From: Candidatus Omnitrophota bacterium
GTDB taxonomy: Bacteria > Omnitrophota > Gorgyraeia > Gorgyraeales > Gorgyraeaceae
Direction: 5' to 3'
Length of the DNA: 64,000 nucleotides
NCBI GenBank assembly: GCA_018902915.1
Contig: JAHIPS010000016.1
Span: 4,368 to 68,367, forward strand
Shown here: positions 17,426-26,342 of the stretch, piece after piece
Layout: every line of letters begins with the position of its first letter
How positions within the stretch are numbered: position 1 is the stretch's first letter
Program-made: the position numbers and the translations under genes
The notes under the pieces: generated by a model
Database searches by the model: none
The model's input: the letters and a program-made list of their open reading frames with translations, nothing else
Told to the model about the DNA's origin: nothing

Positions 17426-18631
17426 TTATTCCCAGGGCCTTTCTTTTAATGGCTTAAAAGTAAGACCGCTTTCAACTCCTGGTATAGGAGCTACTGGTTC
17501 TGTCAAAAGGAACTTACCTTCATTAATCCAGTCCTTTAAGGTCTCTGCTATCTCAACTGCCTTTGAATAGCTTGAGAGCGCGCCTGTGGGAACCTCTTTG
17601 CCTTTGACCTGGATCTTGCCGCTTTTGAGTTGAGCATAGTTTACCTCGCCCAGGCTGCCTGGTTTACAATTTGGATACGCATCACTATAATCAACTATCT
17701 GTGTCCAGATCTCCTCGTCCTTTACTGCTGTGAACTTACAGATCTCTTCATTCAATATAGGGATCGGCACTCCTACGCCAACAGTAAGCGTGACACCATA
17801 CCCCTGGAATGTCGTGCCAACCAATTGATCAGGCGACATGCCTTTTAAATCACCTATCAGGGCAAGCGTGCCTGCAGGCGCCTGCGGGATGCCGGTTGCC
17901 TTGCGTTTTACAGTTGGCGCATGTTGTGTTCCCTGCCATGCAATATAGCCTTCTCCGCCTCCCAGGAAAATCTTGGTGCCTATGCCCAGTGTCTTGTAAT
18001 GCGGGTCATTCAAAAGCGGCGAAAGCTGGCCTGCTGAGCAATAATACGCATTGCCAAGCTGCGGCCGCAACGCGCCCATGTAGGTATAGATCATCTTATC
18101 AGAAAGATTCACTGCGCAGTTGTAATTCTGATACACATTCCTCATGTTAAAAAGCACTGCTTCGTTCAGATCCTTTATATTGATCAATGTATCGAGTTTT
18201 TTACGAGGATAGCAATCCGTGCCATAGGCAGTTGCGGAAAGCTTCACGTCTTTTCCTGCAACAAGCTCCTGTATTACGTGCGCACCTCCGTATTTAAACT
18301 CACCTGGATAGACCTTGTTTTGAGGATCGCTTTCTGGCAGGGCAGTTGCACCCAAAAGTAAATCAACTGCTGCAAAGCCTGCATACACTGGCACGTCATT
18401 TAAAGTAATCTTTCCTCCTCCAAGCTTTATCCTTGGCTTTGAGTGACCTGTATTAAAATACGCGCCTGAAGAACACATTGGCCCGAATGTCCCAGTGGTT
18501 ACAACATCGACCCGTTCAGCTGTTTTTTGCAGGCCGTCATTTTCCACCAGACCTATTATCTCCTCTGCTGTGACAACCACTGCCTTGCCTTTTTTAATCT
18601 TTTCATTGATTTCCCTGATCGTCTTAGGCAT
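17426..18631 (-). CDS. COG1900/DUF39 homocysteine-biosynthesis enzyme (L-aspartate-semialdehyde sulfurtransferase type)
   Basis: 401 aa; MPKTIREINEKIKKGKAVVVTAEE..VDVVTTGTFGPMCSSGA..: the family characterised in methanogens (MA1821-like). Confidence 0.75.
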   Translation of the reverse strand: MPKTIREINEKIKKGKAVVVTAEEIIGLVENDGLQKTAERVDVVTTGTFGPMCSSGAYFNTGHSKPRIKLGGGKITLNDVPVYAGFAAVDLLLGATALPESDPQNKVYPGEFKYGGAHVIQELVAGKDVKLSATAYGTDCYPRKKLDTLINIKDLNEAVLFNMRNVYQNYNCAVNLSDKMIYTYMGALRPQLGNAYYCSAGQLSPLLNDPHYKTLGIGTKIFLGGGEGYIAWQGTQHAPTVKRKATGIPQAPAGTLALIGDLKGMSPDQLVGTTFQGYGVTLTVGVGVPIPILNEEICKFTAVKDEEIWTQIVDYSDAYPNCKPGSLGEVNYAQLKSGKIQVKGKEVPTGALSSYSKAVEIAETLKDWINEGKFLLTEPVAPIPGVESGLTFKPLKERPWE

Positions 18632-18667
18632 GTTAATTCTCCTTTTTGTTAATTAATTTCCTGTTTA

Positions 18668-19591
18668 TTATTTAAAGAGATCTGTACTAATGTACCGTTC
18701 TCCTGTATCAGGTAATATTGCTACTATAAGTTTGCCCTTGTTCTCTGGCCGCTTGGCTATTTCTATCGCTGCAAAAACTGCTGCGCCGCTTGATATGCCT
18801 GTGAGTATGCCTTCTTCTTTTGTCAATAGCCTTGCCGTCTGAAATGCATCCTCGTTTTTAACCTTTATAATCTCGTCTATCAGGCCCCTGTCCAGAACAT
18901 CTGGCACAAAACCAGCTCCTATGCCCTGGATCTTGTGCGGCCCTGACCCTCCGCCTGATAAAACCGGCGAATCAAATGGCTCTACAGCTATAACCTTAAA
19001 ATCCTTTTTCCTCTCCTTTAAAACCTTACCGACCCCTGTCAATGTTCCGCCTGTTCCCACGCCGCTCACCAGTATATCCACCCTCCCCGCAGTATCATTC
19101 CATATCTCCTCTGCTGTGGTCTCCCTGTGGATCTTTGGGTTTGCAGGATTTTTAAACTGCTGCGGCATAAAAGCGCCTTTTGTCTTTTTTACAAGTCCCT
19201 CTGCCTCTTCGCAAGCGCCCTTCATGCCTTTTTCACCAGGCGTCAAAACAATCTCAGCCCCGAATAATTTCAAAAGCTGGCGGCGCTCAACACTCATCGT
19301 GTCAGGCATTGTAATAATAAGCTTGTATCCTTTAGCTGCTGCAATAAACGCGAGGCCAATGCCGGTATTTCCGCTGGTAGGTTCGATTATTGTCCCCCCT
19401 GGCTTTAAAATACCTTTTTCCTCTGCGTCCTTGATCATTGAATAGCCGATCCTGTCCTTCACGCTGCCGCAGGGATTAAACGACTCCAGTTTCCCAAGGA
19501 CCTCAGCCCCAGCGCCCTTTACTATTTTATTCAATCGAACAAGGGGTGTATTCCCAATAGTCTCTGTTATATCACTGTAGATTCCTGGCAT
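18668..19591 (-). CDS. cysK: cysteine synthase A (O-acetylserine sulfhydrylase)
   Basis: 307 aa; [38 protein letters not shown]. Confidence 0.93.
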   Translation of the reverse strand: MPGIYSDITETIGNTPLVRLNKIVKGAGAEVLGKLESFNPCGSVKDRIGYSMIKDAEEKGILKPGGTIIEPTSGNTGIGLAFIAAAKGYKLIITMPDTMSVERRQLLKLFGAEIVLTPGEKGMKGACEEAEGLVKKTKGAFMPQQFKNPANPKIHRETTAEEIWNDTAGRVDILVSGVGTGGTLTGVGKVLKERKKDFKVIAVEPFDSPVLSGGGSGPHKIQGIGAGFVPDVLDRGLIDEIIKVKNEDAFQTARLLTKEEGILTGISSGAAVFAAIEIAKRPENKGKLIVAILPDTGERYISTDLFK

Positions 19592-19603
19592 AAAAACCTC
19601 CCT

Positions 19604-20056
19604 TTAAATACTGTATGTATGAGGTATTTTTTCTCTTTGTCTTGTCTCGACCCTTCTTGCAAGCTCAGCAAATGTAACAGTGTCTATGACAAAAGATGTT
19701 GCTGTATAAACCTGGCCCCATATATCCCTGAATACGCAGGCCCTGAAATCCTTACACTCGTCATAGCTTTTTCTTCCCACGCAACTGATAGGTTCTATAG
19801 GGCCTTCTATAAACCTGATCACCTCTCCTATTGTAATCTTATCAGGCGCCTTGGCCAAACAATAACCTCCGTTTACGCCGCGCTTAGAATCTACAAATCC
19901 GCCTTTTTTTAACATCAATAAGACCTGCTCCAAAAATTTATCAGGTATGTCGCCTTTTTTAGCAAGCTCCTGTATTGAGAAAACTCCTTTATCATAACTC
20001 ACAGCTAACTCTAATAGTGTTTTAAGAGCATAATCTGTTTTATAACTAATCTTCAT
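19604..20056 (-). CDS. Rrf2-family transcriptional regulator
   Basis: 150 aa; MKISYKTDYALKTLLELA..IQELAKKGDIPDKFLEQVLLMLKKGGFVDSKRGVNGGY; three Cys (C..C..C) downstream. Confidence 0.85.
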   Translation of the reverse strand: MKISYKTDYALKTLLELAVSYDKGVFSIQELAKKGDIPDKFLEQVLLMLKKGGFVDSKRGVNGGYCLAKAPDKITIGEVIRFIEGPIEPISCVGRKSYDECKDFRACVFRDIWGQVYTATSFVIDTVTFAELARRVETRQREKIPHTYSI

Positions 20057-20146
20057 GTAATTCCTCCAATCTCTATAATCCCTATTAACTTAGTAGTCAT
20101 TATACCACACTATCAAAACCTGTCAAGCCTTTTTCTTATTTGACAA

Positions 20147-21145
20147 TTATAGTCGGAATGAAGCAATGATTGATTCTAGAGCAGGAGAGGATTGCATAAA
20201 TCTCAATTCTTCTGATGGAAGGATTTTATAAGAAACCTTTGCGCTCTGGGACTTTGCATCTGAATATCTGACCATTATAGAGGAAGATAATGATATATCT
20301 TTTTCAGTGACCTCCCCCCTGACCAAACCAATAGGGCTGGGTATATCTACAACGTCAAAAATATAATCGCCTGGCTGCGAAAATGAAAGAAGCTGTTCAT
20401 TTTCTCGTTCGTTGCGACCTATAAATAATTTTGCCTTTTTATTTATCCTAAATTGCCTGGCTGTCTTTAAAATATGGAGATCGCTAAGCTCGTACTCCGG
20501 CTTATGCTCGAGGAGGTCCTTTAATCTATTGGAAAACCCCTTATCTGTCAATAGACACCCCCCTGCAGGGCAAGGATAATCATTCACGCCCAGTTCTTCT
20601 GCTAGCGCGATCTGTCTGATGCGCTGGCGGCCCTGGATGTCTAAGAGTCTATCTCTATCCACAATACCTGCTTTCTCAGGCAAACTAGGTTCAAAGAATT
20701 TTGCAGAAAGCGGCCTGACAATAAGGCCCTTGAGACCTGATTCTTTTTCTATAATTTCAATCGCGTTCTTTCTCTGAGACATAGGCCTTTGGCCAAGCAC
20801 TTCTCCTGTTATAACAAAAGATGCTCCCATTTCTTTCATAAATTCCTTTGCCTTCTTAAAAGTAAATATCCTGCAATCAATGCACGGATTCATGCCTCGG
20901 CCGTGGCCATATTTAGGATTTTTCACAACCTCCATATATTCCTTTGTTATATTCATTACCTTTAAAGGCACGCCGAGCTCCTTTGCCGCCTTTGTTGCCT
21001 GGTGCATGCAACCCTTGGATGTGCAGGTGCAGAAAATTGTCAAAAAGTTCAATGCATGCACTTCGACCCCCTGCTCGAGCATGAGCTTTATTGCAAGCAT
21101 GCTATCCAACCCGCCAGAAAATAACGCTACTGCCTTCTTATTCAT
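20147..21145 (-). CDS. PP-loop ATP pyrophosphatase, ThiI/MnmA-like tRNA sulfurtransferase family
   Basis: MNKKAVALFSGGLDSMLA (SGGxDS PP-loop), NPCIDCRIF, CPAGGCLLTD Cys motifs. Confidence 0.65.
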   Translation of the reverse strand: MNKKAVALFSGGLDSMLAIKLMLEQGVEVHALNFLTIFCTCTSKGCMHQATKAAKELGVPLKVMNITKEYMEVVKNPKYGHGRGMNPCIDCRIFTFKKAKEFMKEMGASFVITGEVLGQRPMSQRKNAIEIIEKESGLKGLIVRPLSAKFFEPSLPEKAGIVDRDRLLDIQGRQRIRQIALAEELGVNDYPCPAGGCLLTDKGFSNRLKDLLEHKPEYELSDLHILKTARQFRINKKAKLFIGRNERENEQLLSFSQPGDYIFDVVDIPSPIGLVRGEVTEKDISLSSSIMVRYSDAKSQSAKVSYKILPSEELRFMQSSPALESIIASFRL

Positions 21146-22452
21146 TTCTTCCTCAGTTTATCTAAATATTCTCTTATCTTTTTTTCGTACCCGATGTCAG
21201 TCGGCTCGTAATATCTTTTCTCGTCAGGAATATATTCCTGCTCCACGTAATGGTCCTTATACTGGTGGGCGTATTTGTAGCCTTCTCCGTGGCCTAATTT
21301 TTTCGCGCCAGGATAGTTTGCGTCTTTGAGATGCGTCGGCACCTCCAGCGTCCTGTGTTTTTCCACGTCCTTCATTGCCTTTTCAATCCCAAGATACGCG
21401 GCATTGCTTTTTGGCGCGCAGGCAATATAGCACGTTGCCTGCGCCAGGGGAATCCTCGCTTCAGGCATACCCACAAACTCAGCCACCTGAAAAGCCGCAT
21501 TTGCCAAAACGAGCGCCTGCGGGTCAGCATTGCCCACATCCTCTGCCGCGCAGATAACAATACGACGCGCGATAAACCTCGGGTCCTCTCCTGCGTAAAG
21601 CATCTTTGCCAGCCAATAAAGTGCAGCATCAGGATCAGACCCGCGCATGCTTTTTATAAAAGCGGAGATCGTATCGTAATGGCCGTCCTCGTCCCTGTCA
21701 TACATCACTGCCTTTTTCTGTATAGACTCTTCCGCCACCTCTATATTAAAATTTACAGCGTTGTCTTTGCCTGGCCTCGTAGTCAGCGCCCCTACCTCCA
21801 GCGCATTAAGCGCCTTTCTCGCATCGCCATCTGAGGCCTCTGCTAAAAAAGACAATGCCTTCTCGTCCATCTTAACAGGAATATTGCCAAGCCCTCTCTC
21901 TGTATCCTTTAACGCGCTCCTTAATATCTCGGCTATGTCCTCTTTTGAAAGTCTTTTCAATTCAAATACGATCGAGCGCGATATAAGCGGCGAGACAAGA
22001 GAGAAAAACGGATTATGCGTTGTCGCGCCTATCAAAACAGGATTGCCTGATTCCACGTCTGGCATCAATACATCCTGCTGCGCCTTATTAAACCTGTGTA
22101 TCTCGTCTATAAAAAGTATTGTCCTTTTCCCGCTGGCTTGCGCGCGCTCCTTGCTGGATTTTATGGCGTCCCTTAATTCCTGCACGTTTGAAATAACAGC
22201 ATTTACTTCCTTAAAATGCGCCTTTGTGATATTCGCGATTACATGCGCAAGCGCTGTCTTTCCTGTCCCAGGCGGACCGTAGAGGATCAGAGAAGTAATC
22301 CTGTCAGCGTCTATTGCGCGTTTAAGAAGTTTTCCCTCGCCAAGAATATGTTTCTGTCCTACGAATTCATCCAAACTCCTTGGCCGCATGCGCATAGCTA
22401 AAGGAAGCTTGGTCTTTAAATTTTTTTTCTGAGATTCGAATAGATCAGACAT
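21142..22452 (-). CDS. rarA: replication-associated recombination protein A
   Basis: Start at ATG 22452 (MSDLFESQ..). LYGPPGTGKTALA Walker A, LFIDEIHRFNK, MgsA C-terminal helical domain (YWLAKML..GEDPRFIARR). Confidence 0.93.
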   Translation of the reverse strand: MSDLFESQKKNLKTKLPLAMRMRPRSLDEFVGQKHILGEGKLLKRAIDADRITSLILYGPPGTGKTALAHVIANITKAHFKEVNAVISNVQELRDAIKSSKERAQASGKRTILFIDEIHRFNKAQQDVLMPDVESGNPVLIGATTHNPFFSLVSPLISRSIVFELKRLSKEDIAEILRSALKDTERGLGNIPVKMDEKALSFLAEASDGDARKALNALEVGALTTRPGKDNAVNFNIEVAEESIQKKAVMYDRDEDGHYDTISAFIKSMRGSDPDAALYWLAKMLYAGEDPRFIARRIVICAAEDVGNADPQALVLANAAFQVAEFVGMPEARIPLAQATCYIACAPKSNAAYLGIEKAMKDVEKHRTLEVPTHLKDANYPGAKKLGHGEGYKYAHQYKDHYVEQEYIPDEKRYYEPTDIGYEKKIREYLDKLRKK

Positions 22453-22457
22453 GATTG

Positions 22458-22645
22458 AAATAAAAATCCCCACAGATGCCGTGTAAAAGGTCGCTTTTTG
22501 AACCCATTTGACAAGTGGGTGCCCTCTTAAGCGCTTGATGTTCCCTTGCCGCTAGCGACCAGGTATACAGCCGCGCCTAAAGTTAGGCTCCCTATATAAT
22601 GGTGTTAGCTCAAAAACTTCCTTTCACCACGCACATCGCAGGGAT
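22458..22645 (-). ncRNA. candidate structured RNA (~190 nt, rod-like; possibly 6S/SsrS) or long structured rarA leader
   Basis: ORF-free gap. The consensus promoter sits just upstream. The 5' CCCUGCGAUGUGCGUGGUGAAAGG pairs with 3' CCUUUUACACGGCAUCUGUGGGG. Inner helices are UUUUUGA/UCAAAAA, ACCAUU/AAUGGGU and UUAGGCGC/GCGCUUAA. It ends in AUUUUUAUUU. Confidence 0.4.
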
Positions 22646-22651
22646 ATGTAT

Positions 22652-22680
22652 ATTATAACACAAAGAGCTGGTTAAATCAA
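22652..22680 (-). promoter_or_regulatory. sigma70-type promoter (TTGATT-17 nt-TGtTATAAT)
   Basis: Minus strand: -35 TTGATT (22680-22675), 17-nt spacer, extended -10 TGTTATAAT (-10 hexamer 22657-22652). Confidence 0.6.
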
Positions 22681-22710
22681 CTCAGCGGATCTGGGCTCAG
22701 CGGATCTGGG
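22681..22710. repeat. 15-bp perfect tandem duplication spanning the pheT stop codon
   Basis: ctcagcggatctggg x2; on the coding strand it reads ..AQIR*AQIR*. Confidence 0.9.
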
Positions 22711-24757
22711 CGTTGAGTTTTTTTACGAGCGCGTCCTGTATGTTCTTGTGGATCCCGGTTACGTCCTCGTCCTTGAGCGTCTTCTGGTCCGAGCGATACT
22801 CTACCGTGTAGGCGAGACTCTTCTTTCCCTCGCCTACCTGCTGGCCTTTATATAGATCAAAGACATCGATTGACTTCACGAGATCTTTGCCGGTTTCTTT
22901 TATCAGATCGAATATGCTCGAGGATGCCACAGAATCACCTATGAGTATTGATATGTCTCTTTTTACAGAAGGATATCGAGGGATCGGGCTAAATCTTTTC
23001 TTTAGATCCGCGATGCCCAATAGATTCTCTATGTATATCTCCGCGACATAGACCTTTTGTTTTATATCAAACTTTTTAGCGATCTCCTTTTTTACTTCTC
23101 CTAAGACACCTATTGTCTCCTCGCCTATCTTTATGGAGCTCGACATCTTGTCCCTGAATATAAAGGAATCTTTGGCCTCAAGCGTATATTCCTTTATGCC
23201 GAGCTTGTTCAAAAGGACCTCCACGCTCCCCTTTAAATCAAAGAAATCTATATCCCTCGATTTTTCCTTCCAGTTGCCGGAGGTCGCGCCGCACATGCCC
23301 AGGCACAGGTTTTTATTTTCTCTCACACTATCTCCATCTCCTTTAAGATACACCTTGCTCAATTCAAAAAGCCTGAGAGAGGAACTACGCCTGTTAAGAT
23401 TCCAGCTCACTACTTCGAGCATCTCTGGTAAAAGGCTCGGCCTCATAAATTCCTGGTTGGAGCTCAAAGGATTTTCAAGCCGCACAAGATTATCAAAGCT
23501 GATGCCTAGCGATTCTACAGAAAACCTGCTTGTCAAACTATATGTAATGATCTCGTTCATGCCAAGGGATATAAGGACATCTTTTGCCTTCTTATCCAAA
23601 GAGACCTGTGCCTTTTTTTCCTCCTCATACGTCTTCTGCAGCGTAAACGTGGGTATCTTTGTAGGCACCTTGTCATAGCCATACAAACGCACTATCTCTT
23701 CTATTAAATCTATGTCCCTTTCAAGGTCCTGCCTGTAATTAGGCACCTTTACAACGATCTTATCCTTTGTCTTCTTAACAACCTTTATGTCCAGCTGCTT
23801 TAAAAAATCCGCTACCTTTGAAGGCAATATCTCTATCCCCAATACCCTTGAGATCTCGCCGAGCTCCAGCGAGACCTCTTTTTCCTTTATCAGTTTTCCG
23901 CCAACATCAGTACTGGTGCCTGAGACCCTGCCGCCAGCAATGTCGCGTATCATCTCCTGCGCCCTGGCGCTCGCGGCAAATACCATGCTAAAATCCACGC
24001 CTCTCTCAAACCTGTAGCTTGACTCTGACACCAGACCCAGCTTTCTCTGCGCCTTTCTTACGACGATAGGATCAAAATACGCGCTCTCTAAAAGCACTGT
24101 CTTTGTGTCGCCTGATATCTCTGTGTCTTTTCCGCCCATTATGCCTGCTATCGCGACCGGGCTCGCGGCATCTGCTATAACCAGTATATTAGGATCCAGC
24201 TCTCTTCTAATGCCATCGATAGTAGTAATGCCTTCGCCTTTTTTCGCCTTTCTGACAATAATCCTTTTACCCTCTAGTTTATCCAGATCAAATGCGTGAA
24301 GCGGCTGTCCTGTTTCAAAAAGGATATAGTTTGTTATGTCTGCCACGTTATTTATAGACCTGAGGCCCATGGCATTCAGCCTTTGAACCAGCCATTTGGG
24401 TGAAGGCCCTATCTTTACATTTTTTATAATACAGCCGACATACCTCGGGCATGCCTTTTTATCCTGCACCTCTATTTTAGCGCTGCCGCGGCCAGGCGCT
24501 TTTTTACCATAGGCCTTTTTAATCGATAGAGGCACCTCCAGCGACTTGTTCGTGGCTGCTGCCAGCTCTCTTGCCACACCTATAATAGACAGGCAATCCG
24601 GCCTGTTAGGTGTTATCTCTATATCCATGATCTTGTCGTCTTCCACGTCAACAATAGAGCCGACCTCAAGACCTGTCATGGTAAGAGCCTGTGGTACCTT
24701 TTCCAGGTCGGCCTTTAAGTCAACAAAATCCTTTAACCAGTTTAAACTAACCCGCAT
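22697..24757 (-). CDS. pheT: phenylalanine--tRNA ligase beta subunit (short form, no OB-fold tRNA-binding insert)
   Basis: 686 aa; MRVSLNWLKDFVDL.., B3/4, B5 and FDX-ACB regions (..VFDLYKGQQVGEGKKSLAYTV..). Confidence 0.93.
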   Translation of the reverse strand: MRVSLNWLKDFVDLKADLEKVPQALTMTGLEVGSIVDVEDDKIMDIEITPNRPDCLSIIGVARELAAATNKSLEVPLSIKKAYGKKAPGRGSAKIEVQDKKACPRYVGCIIKNVKIGPSPKWLVQRLNAMGLRSINNVADITNYILFETGQPLHAFDLDKLEGKRIIVRKAKKGEGITTIDGIRRELDPNILVIADAASPVAIAGIMGGKDTEISGDTKTVLLESAYFDPIVVRKAQRKLGLVSESSYRFERGVDFSMVFAASARAQEMIRDIAGGRVSGTSTDVGGKLIKEKEVSLELGEISRVLGIEILPSKVADFLKQLDIKVVKKTKDKIVVKVPNYRQDLERDIDLIEEIVRLYGYDKVPTKIPTFTLQKTYEEEKKAQVSLDKKAKDVLISLGMNEIITYSLTSRFSVESLGISFDNLVRLENPLSSNQEFMRPSLLPEMLEVVSWNLNRRSSSLRLFELSKVYLKGDGDSVRENKNLCLGMCGATSGNWKEKSRDIDFFDLKGSVEVLLNKLGIKEYTLEAKDSFIFRDKMSSSIKIGEETIGVLGEVKKEIAKKFDIKQKVYVAEIYIENLLGIADLKKRFSPIPRYPSVKRDISILIGDSVASSSIFDLIKETGKDLVKSIDVFDLYKGQQVGEGKKSLAYTVEYRSDQKTLKDEDVTGIHKNIQDALVKKLNAQIR

Positions 24758-24785
24758 AAACTAACCCGCCTCTCTATAAATATTC

Positions 24786-24828
24786 TTCTCGACAAGCTCG
24801 AAGAATATTGTTCGAGCAAAGTCGAGAA
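24786..24828. repeat. nested-palindrome element family 2, copy B
   Basis: ttctcgacaagctcgaagaatattgttcgagcaaagtcgagaa, intergenic between pheT and the inserted ORF. Confidence 0.85.
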
Positions 24829-24833
24829 CAAAA

Positions 24834-25226
24834 CTATATTATGCTCGTAATAATTCCATTTGTAACTATAATTGTAATAGGCGTTACTCCATCGGAAGAT
24901 AAAACTTTTATTTCGCCATCGTAACTTGTCCCGCCAACTGAAAAACCTGTTGCGTTTACCGTACCGTTTACATCTAATTCTGTTGCAGGATTCGTTGTGC
25001 CAATGCCCACATTACCTTCCACAATCAAATTATCATCACTAATGCTTACTGTCGAACTATCTGAGTAATTAGTCCCTACCCCTAGCTTTTTTGCCCTCAG
25101 GTCAACATAATCCCCGTTCGGCGCAGGATAGTATGTCGTGAGAGTGATCTCCTCTGCAATGCTAGCTGTGCCAAAACAAAATGCGATAAACAAAAACACC
25201 ACAAAAAACCTACTCATTCTATCCAT
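24834..25226 (-). CDS. hypothetical secreted protein inserted between pheS and pheT
   Basis: AGGAGG SD 6 nt before the ATG. Signal peptide MDRMSRFFVVFLFIAFCFGTASIA. TTYYPAPNGDYVDL and GNVGIGTTNPATELDVNG motifs (the latter recalls tail-fibre-like repeat proteins). Confidence 0.6.
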   Translation of the reverse strand: MDRMSRFFVVFLFIAFCFGTASIAEEITLTTYYPAPNGDYVDLRAKKLGVGTNYSDSSTVSISDDNLIVEGNVGIGTTNPATELDVNGTVNATGFSVGGTSYDGEIKVLSSDGVTPITIIVTNGIITSII

Positions 25227-25242
25227 AACCCCTCCTTTTTAC

Positions 25243-25306
25243 TTCTCGACTCGTCCTTCGGCCTCGCTCGAAGAATATTGTTCGAGCGAGCAAAGCGAGT
25301 CGAGAA
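25243..25306. repeat. nested-palindrome element family 2, copy C
   Basis: ttctcgactcgtccttcggcctcgctcgaagaatattgttcgagcgagcaaagcgagtcgagaa, abutting the pheS stop codon. Confidence 0.85.
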
Positions 25307-25307
25307 C

Positions 25308-26324
25308 CTAAAACTGTTTCAAAAACCTCACGTCGTTTTCGTAAAGTAACCTTATATCGTCTATGCCGTGCTTCAGCATGCATATCCTGTCCACTCCCAT
25401 GCCAAATGCAAAACCAGTGTATTTTGAAGTGTCGTATTTCACGCATTCAAACACCCTCGGGTTTATCATGCCCGCGCCCAGCACCTCGAGCCAGCCCTTG
25501 TAAGAACACACCCTGCAGCCCTTGCCTCCGCATATAAAACACGATATGTCCGCTTCAGCTGACGGCTCTGTAAAAGGAAAATAATGCGGCCTGAACCTCA
25601 TCTTTACGCTTTCGCCAAAATACTCTTTTGCAAAATGCTCTAGCACGCCTTTTAAATCAGAAAACACAATACCCTCATCGACCATAAACCCCTCTATCTG
25701 GTAAAACATAAACGAGTGGCTCGCGTCCACTGCGTCCGGCCTGTAGACTTTACCTGCGTGCACCACCTGTATAGGCGGCTTTTCCTTTTCCATCATCCTT
25801 ATCTGAGCGGTTGATGTCTGGCTGCGTAAAAGCCTTCCGCCATCAACATAAAATGTATGAAAGGTCTCCCTTGAGGGATGATTCTTCGGGATGTTCAGCC
25901 CCTCAAAATTATAAAACTCTGTCTCGACCTCTGGCGTCACCACAGACTTAAACCCCATCCTGACAAATATGTCTATGATATCCTGCATGGTCTGCATCAG
26001 AGGGTGCCTGTGACCGATATCTATATTTATGCCGGGAAGCGTCATGTCATTATTTTCAAACATCGACTGTTCCTGCTCCCTGAACACATCCTCTTTTTCC
26101 TTTAATAAAGAGTCTATCTTTGTCTTTAATTCATTGATATATTTGCCGACCTTTGGCTTGTCTTTTTTCGCGACATTCTTCATGCCTTTTATCGCAGTAG
26201 TGACAACGCCTTTTCGGCCAAGATACTGCACCCTGAGCTTTTCCAGATCATCCAGGCTGGACGCCTCCACAGCTTCTTTTATCGCAGCCTTTTCCATGCC
26301 CCCTAACTTCTCTAATAACTTCAT
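25308..26324 (-). CDS. pheS: phenylalanine--tRNA ligase alpha subunit
   Basis: 338 aa; HPSRETFHTFY, LLRSQTSTAQIR, class-II motifs FRPHYFPFTEPSAE and GFAFGMGVDR. Confidence 0.95.
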   Translation of the reverse strand: MKLLEKLGGMEKAAIKEAVEASSLDDLEKLRVQYLGRKGVVTTAIKGMKNVAKKDKPKVGKYINELKTKIDSLLKEKEDVFREQEQSMFENNDMTLPGINIDIGHRHPLMQTMQDIIDIFVRMGFKSVVTPEVETEFYNFEGLNIPKNHPSRETFHTFYVDGGRLLRSQTSTAQIRMMEKEKPPIQVVHAGKVYRPDAVDASHSFMFYQIEGFMVDEGIVFSDLKGVLEHFAKEYFGESVKMRFRPHYFPFTEPSAEADISCFICGGKGCRVCSYKGWLEVLGAGMINPRVFECVKYDTSKYTGFAFGMGVDRICMLKHGIDDIRLLYENDVRFLKQF

Positions 26325-26342
26325 CTATTCCTCCCGCTCCCC

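Noticed and set aside
21331-22401. Several 60-173-aa ORFs on both strands inside rarA (for example 21331-21834 and 21761-22282)
   Set aside because: All overlap the strongly supported rarA reading frame, and their translations are Arg/Ser/Leu-rich with no motifs.
25219-25446. 75-aa minus-strand ORF overlapping the pheS 3' end and repeat copy C
   Set aside because: It is out of frame with pheS, is partly encoded by the palindromic repeat, is a highly basic artefactual sequence, and has no SD.
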